This document shows, piece after piece, positions 36,001-42,977 of a stretch of DNA of 64,000 bases. Positions within the stretch are counted from its first letter, which is position 1. Every line of letters starts with the position of its first letter. Source of the stretch: Dehalococcoidia bacterium (GTDB taxonomy: Bacteria; Chloroflexota; Dehalococcoidia; Lucifugimonadales; Australimonadaceae); NCBI GenBank assembly GCA_034423175.1, contig DAOUJA010000057.1, positions 2,800 through 66,799 of the forward strand, in the 5' to 3' direction. The translations under genes were made by a program, and so were the position numbers. The notes beneath the pieces were generated by a model. It saw nothing but the letters and a program-made list of their open reading frames with translations. It was not told the DNA's origin and ran no database searches.

Positions 36001-37120
36001 ACACCCTATCGTCAGCTGCCAGGGTCTGGCTGAAGGGGAAGTAGGTCGCGGTAGTGTCGATGCTGTGCAGGTTCGCGGGTACCGGGAGCACGCCCGCCGC
36101 GAGCGAGTCCGCCCCTTCGATGGGCGAGACCACGACGTGGTCGACGAATTCGTGGAGCGGAGCTGCCGTCGGCAGATGGAGCTGCCCAGCCAGAGGCGCC
36201 AACGCATCAGGAACAGAGGCGTTCCCTTCCAGCGTAACGGCGGCGGGGTCCAACTGGCCCCACGTTCCTTCAGTGTACGCGTCGCCCGTGGAAGTCCTGA
36301 GATACCTGGTGTGGACAGCGCCCGTCACGCGGAAAACCGGAGCGTCGCCGGGTAGAAGAGGCTGCAACGCCGTGATCTCCGACAGCAGAGACGTGTCCGC
36401 GGGCACGTTGGCGGCGGTCGTTGCCGATGCCGCCGGCTGCGCGGTCGACGCTCCCCCCGCCTGGCGGAGGCCATCAACAACCGCCGCGAACCCGGCGGGG
36501 ACCTCCAGGAGATGGGTGCGGGGAAAGAGGAGCAGCCCATCGATGGGCTCGGTGTCCAGGAAGCCGAAGACGCCCGCGGCGGCCAGCCAGACCACGAGCG
36601 CAAGCGCCAGCAGTCTCCAGTTGAGTATCCCGGCGATGGCGACAGAAAGGAAGAACGCCGCCAGGAGGACCAAGCTCTCCGGCTCCAGGTAGATGCGCTG
36701 CACCATGTGCTCGTCGTAGGAGACCGAACTGCCCAGCGTGCCGGAGAAGGCGAGGTACGCTCCGGCCACGATCAGGGCAAGCGCAGCGAGCACGCCCATC
36801 GCGAGGGACCACGAAGGTCGGAGGGAAGCCCTTCCCAGCGGCCATGGGACGGAGACCACCATAGCGGCGGCCGCAAGGACGATGGCGACGGGCAGTACGA
36901 GGAACTCGAGCAGGCCGACACCACTGGGTACGCCGAAGGTCCTCTCCTGGGAGGACGCGGCAGCCAGTATGTCGCGGGGGCCCGTGGACACCAAGGCGAC
37001 GACGAACTCGAGCACCAGGAAGAAGCCTGCCAGTGCGGCGAGCAGCAGGAGGAGGAGACTGGCTTGACGCGCGGGGCCACTGACCAGCGGCCCCGCCGGC
37101 ATTGCGGTCAAACTACGCAT
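30059..37120 (-). CDS. giant (2353 aa) TgpA-like transglutaminase-family membrane protein
   Basis: Domain layout in window coordinates. N-terminal ~5 TM helices (36551-37063). Transglutaminase-like module 1, DPVDWFLFDHGVGAGSNFSSAF...NQAHQWAE...GWVTVDP (35528-36349). HEAT-like repeats (34106-35323). Gly/Thr linker. Module 2, DPVDWFLFDTRQGTCGQFSSAF...NQAHQWAE...GWVRFDP (32948-33823). About 7 beta-sandwich repeats (30851-32833). TM helix INWLLWAGIPGLLAVAAAAAY (30755-30829). An 8th beta-sandwich, then a DUF4129-like tail ...STPREVELIL...FEEADYSEHP... Confidence 0.85.
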   Translation of the reverse strand: MRSLTAMPAGPLVSGPARQASLLLLLLAALAGFFLVLEFVVALVSTGPRDILAAASSQERTFGVPSGVGLLEFLVLPVAIVLAAAAMVVSVPWPLGRASLRPSWSLAMGVLAALALIVAGAYLAFSGTLGSSVSYDEHMVQRIYLEPESLVLLAAFFLSVAIAGILNWRLLALALVVWLAAAGVFGFLDTEPIDGLLLFPRTHLLEVPAGFAAVVDGLRQAGGASTAQPAASATTAANVPADTSLLSEITALQPLLPGDAPVFRVTGAVHTRYLRTSTGDAYTEGTWGQLDPAAVTLEGNASVPDALAPLAGQLHLPTAAPLHEFVDHVVVSPIEGADSLAAGVLPVPANLHSIDTTATYFPFSQTLAADDRVSAYRTESTLPLFALGQKIDAPPVADGTYLQLPDGLSPRVHELAERVAAVASPYLKARLLQVHLQEEYSVGVASTEEETRPPPGRDPVDWFLFDHGVGAGSNFSSAFVVLARAAGVPARAVSGWVVARREETQTVRRNQAHQWAEIALDGLGWVTVDPLPRDAFTDTDVNHPLETALDELAASAAPQVRGAVAALRVDLNDPEALRLLFKEIDNALEPGARRAAQAALSVLALDWPIGVLLDHEDPLMRASAAFGLRVLADPEAVDALIQALVSDEDARVRVEAIDALAALGKDKAEGPLLRALEADSDAAVREAAARALGALETDWTAERMVPVLVSDPAPEVRAEVALALGAIRNDLALLPLVRARSDDASADVRTAADEALEGWDFAALLNVLLNAGDAEQRAVAARLMGERRYPAAASEMVPVLGSDPVSLVRAEVALALGEIRNNVALLPLLDARADDASAEVRAAAEEALTRWDSHALVLVLETAVSPLQRAAAAQLMGERKYSHTMALEALLRALATDESAYVRTAAALALAEIGDGAALRALLDARSDDGSPDVRNAAAEGLAGWDFDALLSALEDAADPSQRAAAAQLMGERGLTGAIPALTRALADPAADVRDAAREALERLGADTTGLEGGAGTGGQGDGTGTGGEGSGTGLGELLSASGLASLGQGDEAARDAALGALEELGAGVTRLENGAALIMHSGGGLSTEGTTTRQIAQPPRIPVFTVQGAAHTSYLRTSTGDVYADGGWSQLDPVEVPYAAGSSVLAATAAVYDDATGAFGALPSERQAFPSLFGFRSNPHTAFSDRVQLSSHGVFDELPFGVLPTSLDLQDVDLDGFYYPFSATFRSPSPGARYLWTSDVLFYSLQQYQAAAAVADTIYTRLPPGLPDRIAQLAEEITRPHNSPYAKAEALERYLQTRYAYRYADNFAAGIAPSGRDPVDWFLFDTRQGTCGQFSSAFVVMARSVGIPARIVSGWVTSPSAEAIVVYSNQAHQWAEVGLEGIGWVRFDPTASGGAPSRVTDIPPAVRPIPVVRGIDESGGVAPPSLVDTVTDITLWPAEVRRQTPFVVGGTVRTVDGQNVSGMTVEIYVNETKDHGGTIIGTTTSGAGRFRAEVQLPADLELGGYQLLARAVGNDRFNESWSDPDIKVFSGNRIELSGPAEVVRNAVAVFQGMLIEDSGRGVVSRELAVTFDGDATASVVTDSSGRFTFSESFSRLGRHWVEVEIRGEEFLLDNTARLDFEVVLPTEVMVYAPDSVVIGEEFPVAGVLRGADGSPLAGKPLGVRVGRNPEQSVNTDAEGWFEVAGMMSSPGQFTVNAAYRGEGSVLASSATARAEALHAVALTLEGPLRLKRGDGATFEGALTSDTLSPTGAVELTIEAAGVEQLVTVNVGEDGTFRYRHPSFGSTGPHTLTGRFDGGEFVRPASAEAAFEVLEPTVLALDGPVVVRDGEGFRLTGILRESGGSPVSNAEVRVVGSEPLSLTTDAEGRFAWDARAVFDEGSARGPHESAMSVEVVFDDTEQLASSRATLDVAVGLPRVLVEPLAPVVRGAGAVLRGTVLLGTHPVPGAELNVGPDLVFRSNDVGAFVQTYPVPGDGPLGTAELVIDAPALDAGATATLVVRSAANLIVTPVGRVRPGGMTLLQVALLDDTGTGIPLAAVRSSQGVDATTDESGVAMLELAVPAEEALHGSFVEFTYAGDDLHAPLGTPYFWEGAITPAGINWLLWAGIPGLLAVAAAAAYSGRRFRVRPLAVLARWRRAEAGPAAGPDAADQGTGLEDDAGPAPRPVLLWIAFRKEAEDLADVWGVGEEVRITVNVSDEEGRAVAGAIVEVAVAGDAPSQLAVVGNDGAYTFGWTGAEPGEYPVSAEFAGDYDYLPSSESRILRVVDFREEIVRLYNLFWEWAKETTGGVTERSTPREVELILVSRGLPVPQKALDELISRFEEADYSEHPIARRHYEAMYRAWSAVMEAGR
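34181..35011 (-). repeat. three tandem ~276-nt (92-aa) coding super-repeats of HEAT-like units
   Basis: Giant-protein aa 704-795, 796-888 and 889-980 align end to end (MVPVL.SDP...VRAEVALALG.IRN..ALLPL..AR.DDASA.VR.AA.EAL..WD...L...L......QRA.AA.LMGER). Identical DNA strings such as cagccgatgcgtcgtcgg recur near 34610 and 34880. Confidence 0.7.
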
Positions 37121-37206
37121 AGTACACGTGCGGTCAGCGGACCATGGCAGCGAACCGCGTCCCCAGAATACGGCACCCGGCCTTCTTCACGCGAGCGGAG
37201 CAGTCC

Positions 37207-38367
37207 CTATGCGTCCCTGGCGGAGGTGGGGCCGACTTCACCCTTGCAGTAGGAGATGAAGGCCTTCATGCGGCAGGTGACGCCGTTCTTGTCCAGCTCT
37301 CCCTCGAAGATCTCGTGGATCCTGGGGTCCTCGTCCTGGTATTCGATCTGGTAGCCGCCCTCCTTGAAGCTCTGGTCCGCGCCCTGACCGCGGGGGACGG
37401 CTGCGCGCAGGCCGTGGGTGCCGGGCGTGAGCGCCATGTAGCGCGCCCGCCGGGTGCCGGAGTTGAAGTGCTGGTGGTAGGTGCCGTCGCTCGGCACGAT
37501 GACGAGCGAGCCAACCTTCCAGTCGGCCTTGCGGATGTCGGACATGTCGTCCTTGGTCCACAGGAGCGAGAAGCCGGCGTCTCCGCTGAGGAGCACGAGG
37601 TTGGCGCCGGGGCCGTGGCGGTGCGCCTTCTTGTAAGTGCCGACGGGGAACTCGGAGATGTGGGCCTTGGAGAGGTTGCCGGCCATCTCGAACATGGAGT
37701 TGATGCCGCCCGCTCCGCGCTCGTTCCATGCGTAGAGGGCCATGTCCGGAGCGTTGGGCATGAAGTTGGACGCCCAGATGCGGCGGGTGTAGAGCTTGCC
37801 GTTGCCGCTGAAGAAGTCGTCCTCGCCGCTGTAGCGGCTGGAGAACGGGTAGTCGCACTGGAAGATGAAGTCGTTGTCGGAGAAGAGGCGCATGTTCGCC
37901 GGAGCGGTCGTGACGGAGAGGTAGCGGGCGGGCTCAGAGCCGCTGCCGTTGAAGTGCTGGTACCAGCAGTTGAGGGGGATGGAGAAGAGGCTTCCCTTCT
38001 TCCACTCGAACGTCTTCTTGTCCTCGCTGCCCTGCGGCCAGATGCTGGTCGCGCCGCGGCCGGAGACGATGTAGACGTACTCCTCGTAGACGTGGTGCTC
38101 GGGCTCCGAACTGCCGCCGGGGTCGATCTCGACGATGTGGGTGTCGTTGGTGAGGACGTGGTAGGGGATGTTGATGACGGCGCCCTTCCCGCCCTTGCGT
38201 TCCCACGGGCCGAGCTCGACGTTGGCGATGTCGTCGAAGGCGTAGTCGACGATGACCTTCACGCCCTCGGCCTTGAGCCAGTCGGCATAGGGGTCCGGTA
38301 TGGCGAAGTCCTCGAGTCCGTCGGGTGTCGGCGCGTACTTGATCGCCGCATCTGCGTCGGTGGTCAT
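37207..38367 (-). CDS. bicupin protein, gentisate-dioxygenase-like (paralog 1 of 3)
   Basis: N-cupin GGSSEPEHHVYEEYVYIVSGRGAT and C-cupin YKKAHRHGPGANLVLLSG...YHQHFN. C-terminal IEYQDEDPRIHEIFEGEL is shared with the paralogs at 45801..46919 and 54428..55525. The family assignment is tentative. Confidence 0.65.
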   Translation of the reverse strand: MTTDADAAIKYAPTPDGLEDFAIPDPYADWLKAEGVKVIVDYAFDDIANVELGPWERKGGKGAVINIPYHVLTNDTHIVEIDPGGSSEPEHHVYEEYVYIVSGRGATSIWPQGSEDKKTFEWKKGSLFSIPLNCWYQHFNGSGSEPARYLSVTTAPANMRLFSDNDFIFQCDYPFSSRYSGEDDFFSGNGKLYTRRIWASNFMPNAPDMALYAWNERGAGGINSMFEMAGNLSKAHISEFPVGTYKKAHRHGPGANLVLLSGDAGFSLLWTKDDMSDIRKADWKVGSLVIVPSDGTYHQHFNSGTRRARYMALTPGTHGLRAAVPRGQGADQSFKEGGYQIEYQDEDPRIHEIFEGELDKNGVTCRMKAFISYCKGEVGPTSARDA

Positions 38368-38705
38368 GGCTCCCTCCTATGGTCAGGTTGTTTGGGTGGC
38401 GTTGCTGGACTGTTGTTGGACAGCTCCTGGGCAAGCAGTTTCGCCGCAGTATCCACAGCAACATTGGTAGAGCTGCGCTTGGAACGCACAGGCTTGGACC
38501 TAGCGGCAAGGTCGGCGATGAACTCGCGCGCCCCGCCCATAATCTCGATGCCTATCGCGTTGCCGTCGGCGTCGTAGTCAACCACGATGCCGGGCGTCAC
38601 CTCATCGCCGTGGTCGGCAGGGCCATCCTTCCAGAACACAACGAGGCTGTTCGTCTCGGGCACGAACTCGACCTCCAAGCCTGTTATTCCGGTTCTCGTT
38701 GCCAT
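38364..38705 (-). CDS. DUF2283-family protein (putative antitoxin)
   Basis: LEVEFVPETNSLVVFWKDG...GIVVDYDADGNAIGIEIMG. Confidence 0.65.
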   Translation of the reverse strand: MATRTGITGLEVEFVPETNSLVVFWKDGPADHGDEVTPGIVVDYDADGNAIGIEIMGGAREFIADLAARSKPVRSKRSSTNVAVDTAAKLLAQELSNNSPATPPKQPDHRREP

Positions 38706-38720
38706 GGCCGCCTATGCCTT

Positions 38721-38969
38721 TCACTCGCGCTGAGGGTGATAGTCTGGGATAAAGAACGCGTTGTGTACAGTCTCTCCGTCTTCCTCGACTATCACTCGCA
38801 ACCGTCTGCCTGCCTCAAGGACGAACCCGGTCAATGCGATGCGTCCTTCAGGTTGGTCTCCAGCCTCCTGGTGATCAGGAGCAGAGAGGACGCCTTCTAT
38901 CCAGTCTTCTCTGTTTGCCTCAGGATGTTTGTGCCTGGCTATACGGTCGAAATAGGCAGTTGTCTTCAT
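38721..38969 (-). CDS. DUF4258-family protein (putative toxin)
   Basis: The 82-aa tail of track ORF 38721..39740, starting at MKTTAYFDRIARH (CAT at 38967-38969). IEGVLSAPDH...GRIALTGFV...RLRVIVEEDGETVHNAFF. The rest of the 339-aa ORF is antisense to the next gene. Confidence 0.6.
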   Translation of the reverse strand: MKTTAYFDRIARHKHPEANREDWIEGVLSAPDHQEAGDQPEGRIALTGFVLEAGRRLRVIVEEDGETVHNAFFIPDYHPQRE

Positions 38970-39089
38970 TCGAGGCCACTCTCGTTGACAGCAACCATAC
39001 GCCAGCCGTGCGGCGCGTGCACGCTTGACTGCGCCTCGCGCCGGGCGCACACTGCCGCCATAAGCAGGACGCATGAAGGAGGCGCCGCC

Positions 39090-39710
39090 ATGGTCGTTGA
39101 GACGAGGACACAGAACGCGCTGGACCGGTTCGTGCACAAGACGCGGGAGCTGTTCGCGAGCGAGCCGGACCTCGACAAGCGATGGAATGCGCTCGCTCCC
39201 ATCCTGGCGGAGCTGCTCGCCGACCCGACAGTCATCGAGGCGTCGCAGAACTGGCCGGACTGCGAGGCGAGGGAGGGCCGCGGCGAGAACCTCATCTTCT
39301 ACGAGGACCCGGACTTCGGGTTCGCGATCAACGGCCTCACGAAGGGGCAGTCGCGGCAGGGCAGGCTCTCCCGCGTCCACGACCACGGTGAGATCTACAC
39401 GCTCTACGGCGTTCTCGACGGCCACGAGCGCATCGAGCGCTACGACCGGCTCGACGACCGCTCGCGCCCGGACTACGCGGAGATCGCGCTGGCGTCGAAC
39501 AAGTACTGCGGTCCGGGAGAGATCGACCTGGTTGGTCCGTACGAGATACACCGTGAGAACACGGTGGGCGAGCGGACGGTGGCGGTCATCATCCGCAGCA
39601 AGAAGGCGGGCAACCACCTGCAGGGCCGCTACAACCAGGAGACCGGGGAGTACTTCGAGGGCTACGGTCCGCGCCAGACGCCCGTGGAGATGTTCGGGAA
39701 CCCTGGGTGA
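39090..39710 (+). CDS. cysteine-dioxygenase-type cupin protein
   Basis: ATG at 39090 follows GAAGGAGG. RVHDHGEIYTLYGVLDGHE cupin motif. Confidence 0.5.
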   Translation: MVVETRTQNALDRFVHKTRELFASEPDLDKRWNALAPILAELLADPTVIEASQNWPDCEAREGRGENLIFYEDPDFGFAINGLTKGQSRQGRLSRVHDHGEIYTLYGVLDGHERIERYDRLDDRSRPDYAEIALASNKYCGPGEIDLVGPYEIHRENTVGERTVAVIIRSKKAGNHLQGRYNQETGEYFEGYGPRQTPVEMFGNPG

Positions 39711-39807
39711 ACGTCCAGCTAGCCGTGTGTAACACGTCAAGGGGCATGCCGAGAGGCCGATGGTAGAATGAGGGCAGCGCGCTCACGTGTGGGCGCGGAG
39801 GCTGACC

Positions 39808-39999
39808 ATGGCAAACACGCGCAAGAAGGTCCAACTGACGCCGGAAGGCGAGGCGCTGCGTCGTGAGGCGTTGAGCAGGGCTGACGACATCCAGGCACAA
39901 TACGAAGAGTCCCAGCGGCGTAAGGCAGCCGGGGAGAAGGGGCTCTACATCCGCCACAACAGACCTGACGATGACCAGCGGCAGTTCCCCAGCAGTTGA
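39808..39999 (+). CDS. small charged protein, possible antitoxin of the downstream ParE/RelE-like remnant
   Basis: MANTRKKVQLTPEGEALRREAL... is 63 aa and overlaps the next ORF by 29 nt. No motif recognised. Confidence 0.3.
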   Translation: MANTRKKVQLTPEGEALRREALSRADDIQAQYEESQRRKAAGEKGLYIRHNRPDDDQRQFPSS

Positions 40000-40249
40000 C
40001 GCCGTCCTAGAACCCGTCGCACGCACCTTCCTAGAAGCCCAGTCCGAGGAGCACCAGCAGCAGCTCAACGCCGGGGTTGACCAAGTGATGGCCAACCCCT
40101 ACGAGGACGGCCGCTCCAAGGTCGCCATAGGATTCCCGTTCCGCTACGACAGCATCTGCTATGCCACCTAGGACTTCCTGATCGCGTACTACTTCGAGAA
40201 CGCGGCGGTGGTCACGGTCTACGCCATAGTGCCGCGACTGAAGGGCTAG
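39971..40249 (+). pseudogene. ParE/RelE-like toxin interrupted by an in-frame TAG
   Basis: The frame reads ...NPYEDGRSKVAIGFPFRYDSICYAT*DFLIAYYFENAAVVTVYAIVPRLKG*. The TAG at 40169-40171 splits a typical ...Y.I.Y.......V.V..I..R toxin C-terminus. Confidence 0.45.
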
Positions 40250-42492
40250 CCTGACGCCTGTCCGGCCTCGTGGAGGGCGCGCCAGACGCGCTCGGGGGTG
40301 AGGGGGAGCGTGGAGATGCGGACGCCCGTCGCGTTGAAGATGGCGTTGGCTGTCGCAGGCGCGACGCAGACGATGCCGCCCTCGCCGACGCCCTTCGCGC
40401 CGTAGGGGCCGGGGCCATTGCCGCTCTCGATCAGCACGGTCTCGAACTCGTGCGGGAGGTCGGTGAAGACGGGTACGCGGTAGTCGACGAGGTTCGGGTT
40501 CAGGAGCTGGCCGTCCTCGTAGAGCATCTCCTCGAAGAGCGTGTGGCCGATGGCCTGCATCGCAGCGCCCTCGTCCTGGCCCTCGACCTGCTTGGGGTTG
40601 ATGGCCTTTCCGGGGTCGGAGATGGAGTAGTAGCGGAGCAGACGGACCTCGCCGGTGGCAGTGTCCACCTCGACCTCGGCCGCGCCGATGCTCACCTCCC
40701 AGAAGACGGGGTCCTGGCGGAGCTTGCCGCTGGCGTGCTTCGGCGTGACGTAGCCTCTGCCCATGAGCTCGCCGCCGGAGCCGCCGAACATGTTGCGGAC
40801 GAGCGCAGCGAACGCGACGGACTCGCCCTTGAAGGACGCGCGCCCGTCCTCGGCCTCGATCTCCTCGGGGAAGGCCTCGAAGTGCTCGGCGGCGAGGTCG
40901 AGCAACTGCTGGCGGACATCGATCGCGGCGTCGTGCACGGCGAGTCCCATGAGGGTTGTGGACCGGCTGGAGCCGGTCGAGCGGTCCCACGGCACCGCCG
41001 TGGTGTCGGACGCGACGACGCGCACCTTCCCGTAAGGGATGCGCAGCTCCTCCGCGGCGATCTGCGCCATGACCGAGCGGGAGCCCTGCCCCATCTCGGC
41101 GCTGCCGATGTAGACGGTCGCGCTGCCGTCGGCGTGGAAGCGCACGAGCGAGGTGGACGTGGGGCTCGCGCCGGAGTTGGTGACGCCGCACGCGAAGCCG
41201 ATGCCGCGCTTCACGCCGGGCGGGGTCGGGCCCGGCGTCCACGAGTCCCAACCGAACTCGTCGGCGACCCGGCGCAGGGCGTACTCGAGATCTCCCTCGA
41301 TGGGGCGCCTGCCGCGCCGGACCTCCTCGCCCTCCCGGACGAGGTTCTTGACGCGGAACTCGAACGGGTCCATGCCGAGGGCATGGGCGATCACGTCAAT
41401 CTGGGACTCGCACACCCATATGGCCTGCGGTCCGCCGATGGAGCGATACGAGCCCGCGGGAGTCGAGTTGGTGAAGAGGCCGTAGGTCTTCACCCGCACG
41501 TTCGCCAGCGAATAGGGGCCGGGCATGCGGTCGCCGAAGCGCTCCGTGACACGGACACCGTTGTCGGTGTAGCCGCCGGTGTCGACGTAGCCGGTGCACT
41601 CGCGGGCGACGATAGTGCCGTCGTTCATCACGCCGGTGCGGATGGTGCCGCGTGCGGCGTGGCGGCGCACGGTGCGCATCGCCTCGTCGACGCTGAGCGC
41701 CAAGCGCACCGGTCTGCCGGCCTCACGGCTCAGGGCGGTGACGAGCGGCTCGATCTTGGTGTACGACTTGCTGCCGTAGCCGCCGCCCACGAACGGGACG
41801 ACGACCTGGACCTGGTCCAACTGGCGTCCGAAGAGGCGCGCTATCTCCGCCTGCACGAGAAAGGGGTGCTGGGCCGACGTCCAGAGGCGGATGCGGTCCG
41901 GCTCGTAGCTGGCGATGCAGGTGTGGGGTTCCATCGCGTAGTGGTAGACCATCGGGAATGTGAACGTGTCTTCGAAGACGCGGTCGCAATCGCGGAAGGC
42001 CGCATCGACGTCGCCCCACTCGTAGCCGTACTCGTGGCAGAGGTTGGAGTCGTGGACGGGCTCGCTGGAAGGGTCGAGCGCTTCGTCGATGCCGGTGACG
42101 GTGGGGAGTTCCTCGTACTCCACGTCGACGAGCTCGGCCGCAGCCTCGGCGGTCGCAAGGTCGACGGCGGCAACGGCGGCGACAGGCTCGCCCTGGAAGC
42201 GGACCTTGTCGATGGCGATAACGGGGCGGTCCTTCTTGTCGGAGCCGTAGTGGGTCTCCATGTTGACGAGTTCTGCCGCGGTGAGCACGGCATAGACACC
42301 GGGGTGGGCACGCGCCCGGCTGGCGTCGACGCGCACGATGCGCGCATGGGGCAGCGGACTCGTCACGAGCCTGCAGAACGCCATGCCCGGGACCTCGATG
42401 TCACCGGTGAACTGCGCGCGGCCCGACAGCTTGTCGTCCGCGTCTACCCTGCGCACCGCCGTTCCCACCGTCCTGAACTCGCGCGTGGTCAT
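40246..42492 (-). CDS. xanthine dehydrogenase / CoxL-family molybdopterin-binding large subunit
   Basis: Start at MTTREFRTVGTAVRRVDADDKLSGRAQFTGD (ATGA overlap with the small-subunit stop at 42489-42492). VVPFVGGGYGSKS. The C-terminal end is typical of the aldehyde oxidase/XDH family. Confidence 0.85.
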   Translation of the reverse strand: MTTREFRTVGTAVRRVDADDKLSGRAQFTGDIEVPGMAFCRLVTSPLPHARIVRVDASRARAHPGVYAVLTAAELVNMETHYGSDKKDRPVIAIDKVRFQGEPVAAVAAVDLATAEAAAELVDVEYEELPTVTGIDEALDPSSEPVHDSNLCHEYGYEWGDVDAAFRDCDRVFEDTFTFPMVYHYAMEPHTCIASYEPDRIRLWTSAQHPFLVQAEIARLFGRQLDQVQVVVPFVGGGYGSKSYTKIEPLVTALSREAGRPVRLALSVDEAMRTVRRHAARGTIRTGVMNDGTIVARECTGYVDTGGYTDNGVRVTERFGDRMPGPYSLANVRVKTYGLFTNSTPAGSYRSIGGPQAIWVCESQIDVIAHALGMDPFEFRVKNLVREGEEVRRGRRPIEGDLEYALRRVADEFGWDSWTPGPTPPGVKRGIGFACGVTNSGASPTSTSLVRFHADGSATVYIGSAEMGQGSRSVMAQIAAEELRIPYGKVRVVASDTTAVPWDRSTGSSRSTTLMGLAVHDAAIDVRQQLLDLAAEHFEAFPEEIEAEDGRASFKGESVAFAALVRNMFGGSGGELMGRGYVTPKHASGKLRQDPVFWEVSIGAAEVEVDTATGEVRLLRYYSISDPGKAINPKQVEGQDEGAAMQAIGHTLFEEMLYEDGQLLNPNLVDYRVPVFTDLPHEFETVLIESGNGPGPYGAKGVGEGGIVCVAPATANAIFNATGVRISTLPLTPERVWRALHEAGQASG

Positions 42493-42977
42493 CGGCCCGC
42501 CTCCGACGCTTCGTGGACAGCCTCCACGATCTTCTTGTAGCCGGTGCAGCGGCATACGTTGCCGCGCATGTAGTCCTTGATCGCCTCCTCGGAAGGCGAG
42601 GGATCGGCATCGAGCAGGGACTTCGCGGCGAGGAGCATGCCCGGCGTGCAGAAGCCGCACTGGAACGCCGCATTGTTCACGAACGCCTCGATGAGCGGAG
42701 ACGAACCCTCGTCCGCCGCGAACCCCTCCACCGTGAGCACGGCCCTACCCCGCGCTTCGAACGCAGGGACGGTGCAGGAACTGACGGGCGCGCCATCCAA
42801 CAACACCGTGCACGCGCCGCAGACCTGCACGTCGCACGAGCGCTTCGTGCCCGTGAGGCCGAAGCGCTCGCGCAGGAGGTCGATGAGCGGCATCTGCGGC
42901 TCGACCGCGGCCTCGACCGGCGCACCGTTCAGTTGGAATGCGACCGCCATCGTGTCCTGCGCCTCAGGCATCGGCAT
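42489..42977 (-). CDS. (2Fe-2S)-binding small subunit (CoxS-like)
   Basis: KRSCDVQVCGACTVLLDG and QCGFCTPGM...CRCTGY motifs. Start ambiguous among 42977, 42971 and 42950. Confidence 0.85.
   Translation of the reverse strand: MPMPEAQDTMAVAFQLNGAPVEAAVEPQMPLIDLLRERFGLTGTKRSCDVQVCGACTVLLDGAPVSSCTVPAFEARGRAVLTVEGFAADEGSSPLIEAFVNNAAFQCGFCTPGMLLAAKSLLDADPSPSEEAIKDYMRGNVCRCTGYKKIVEAVHEASEAGR

Noticed and set aside
30017-36355. Plus-strand ORFs of 970, 568, 446 and 359 aa (30017..32929, 32999..34705, 34656..35996, 35276..36355) opposite the giant gene
   Set aside because: All are antisense to a 2353-aa ORF with recognisable transglutaminase, HEAT and DUF4129-like motifs. Their sequences are Arg/Gly/Pro-rich with no domain signatures.
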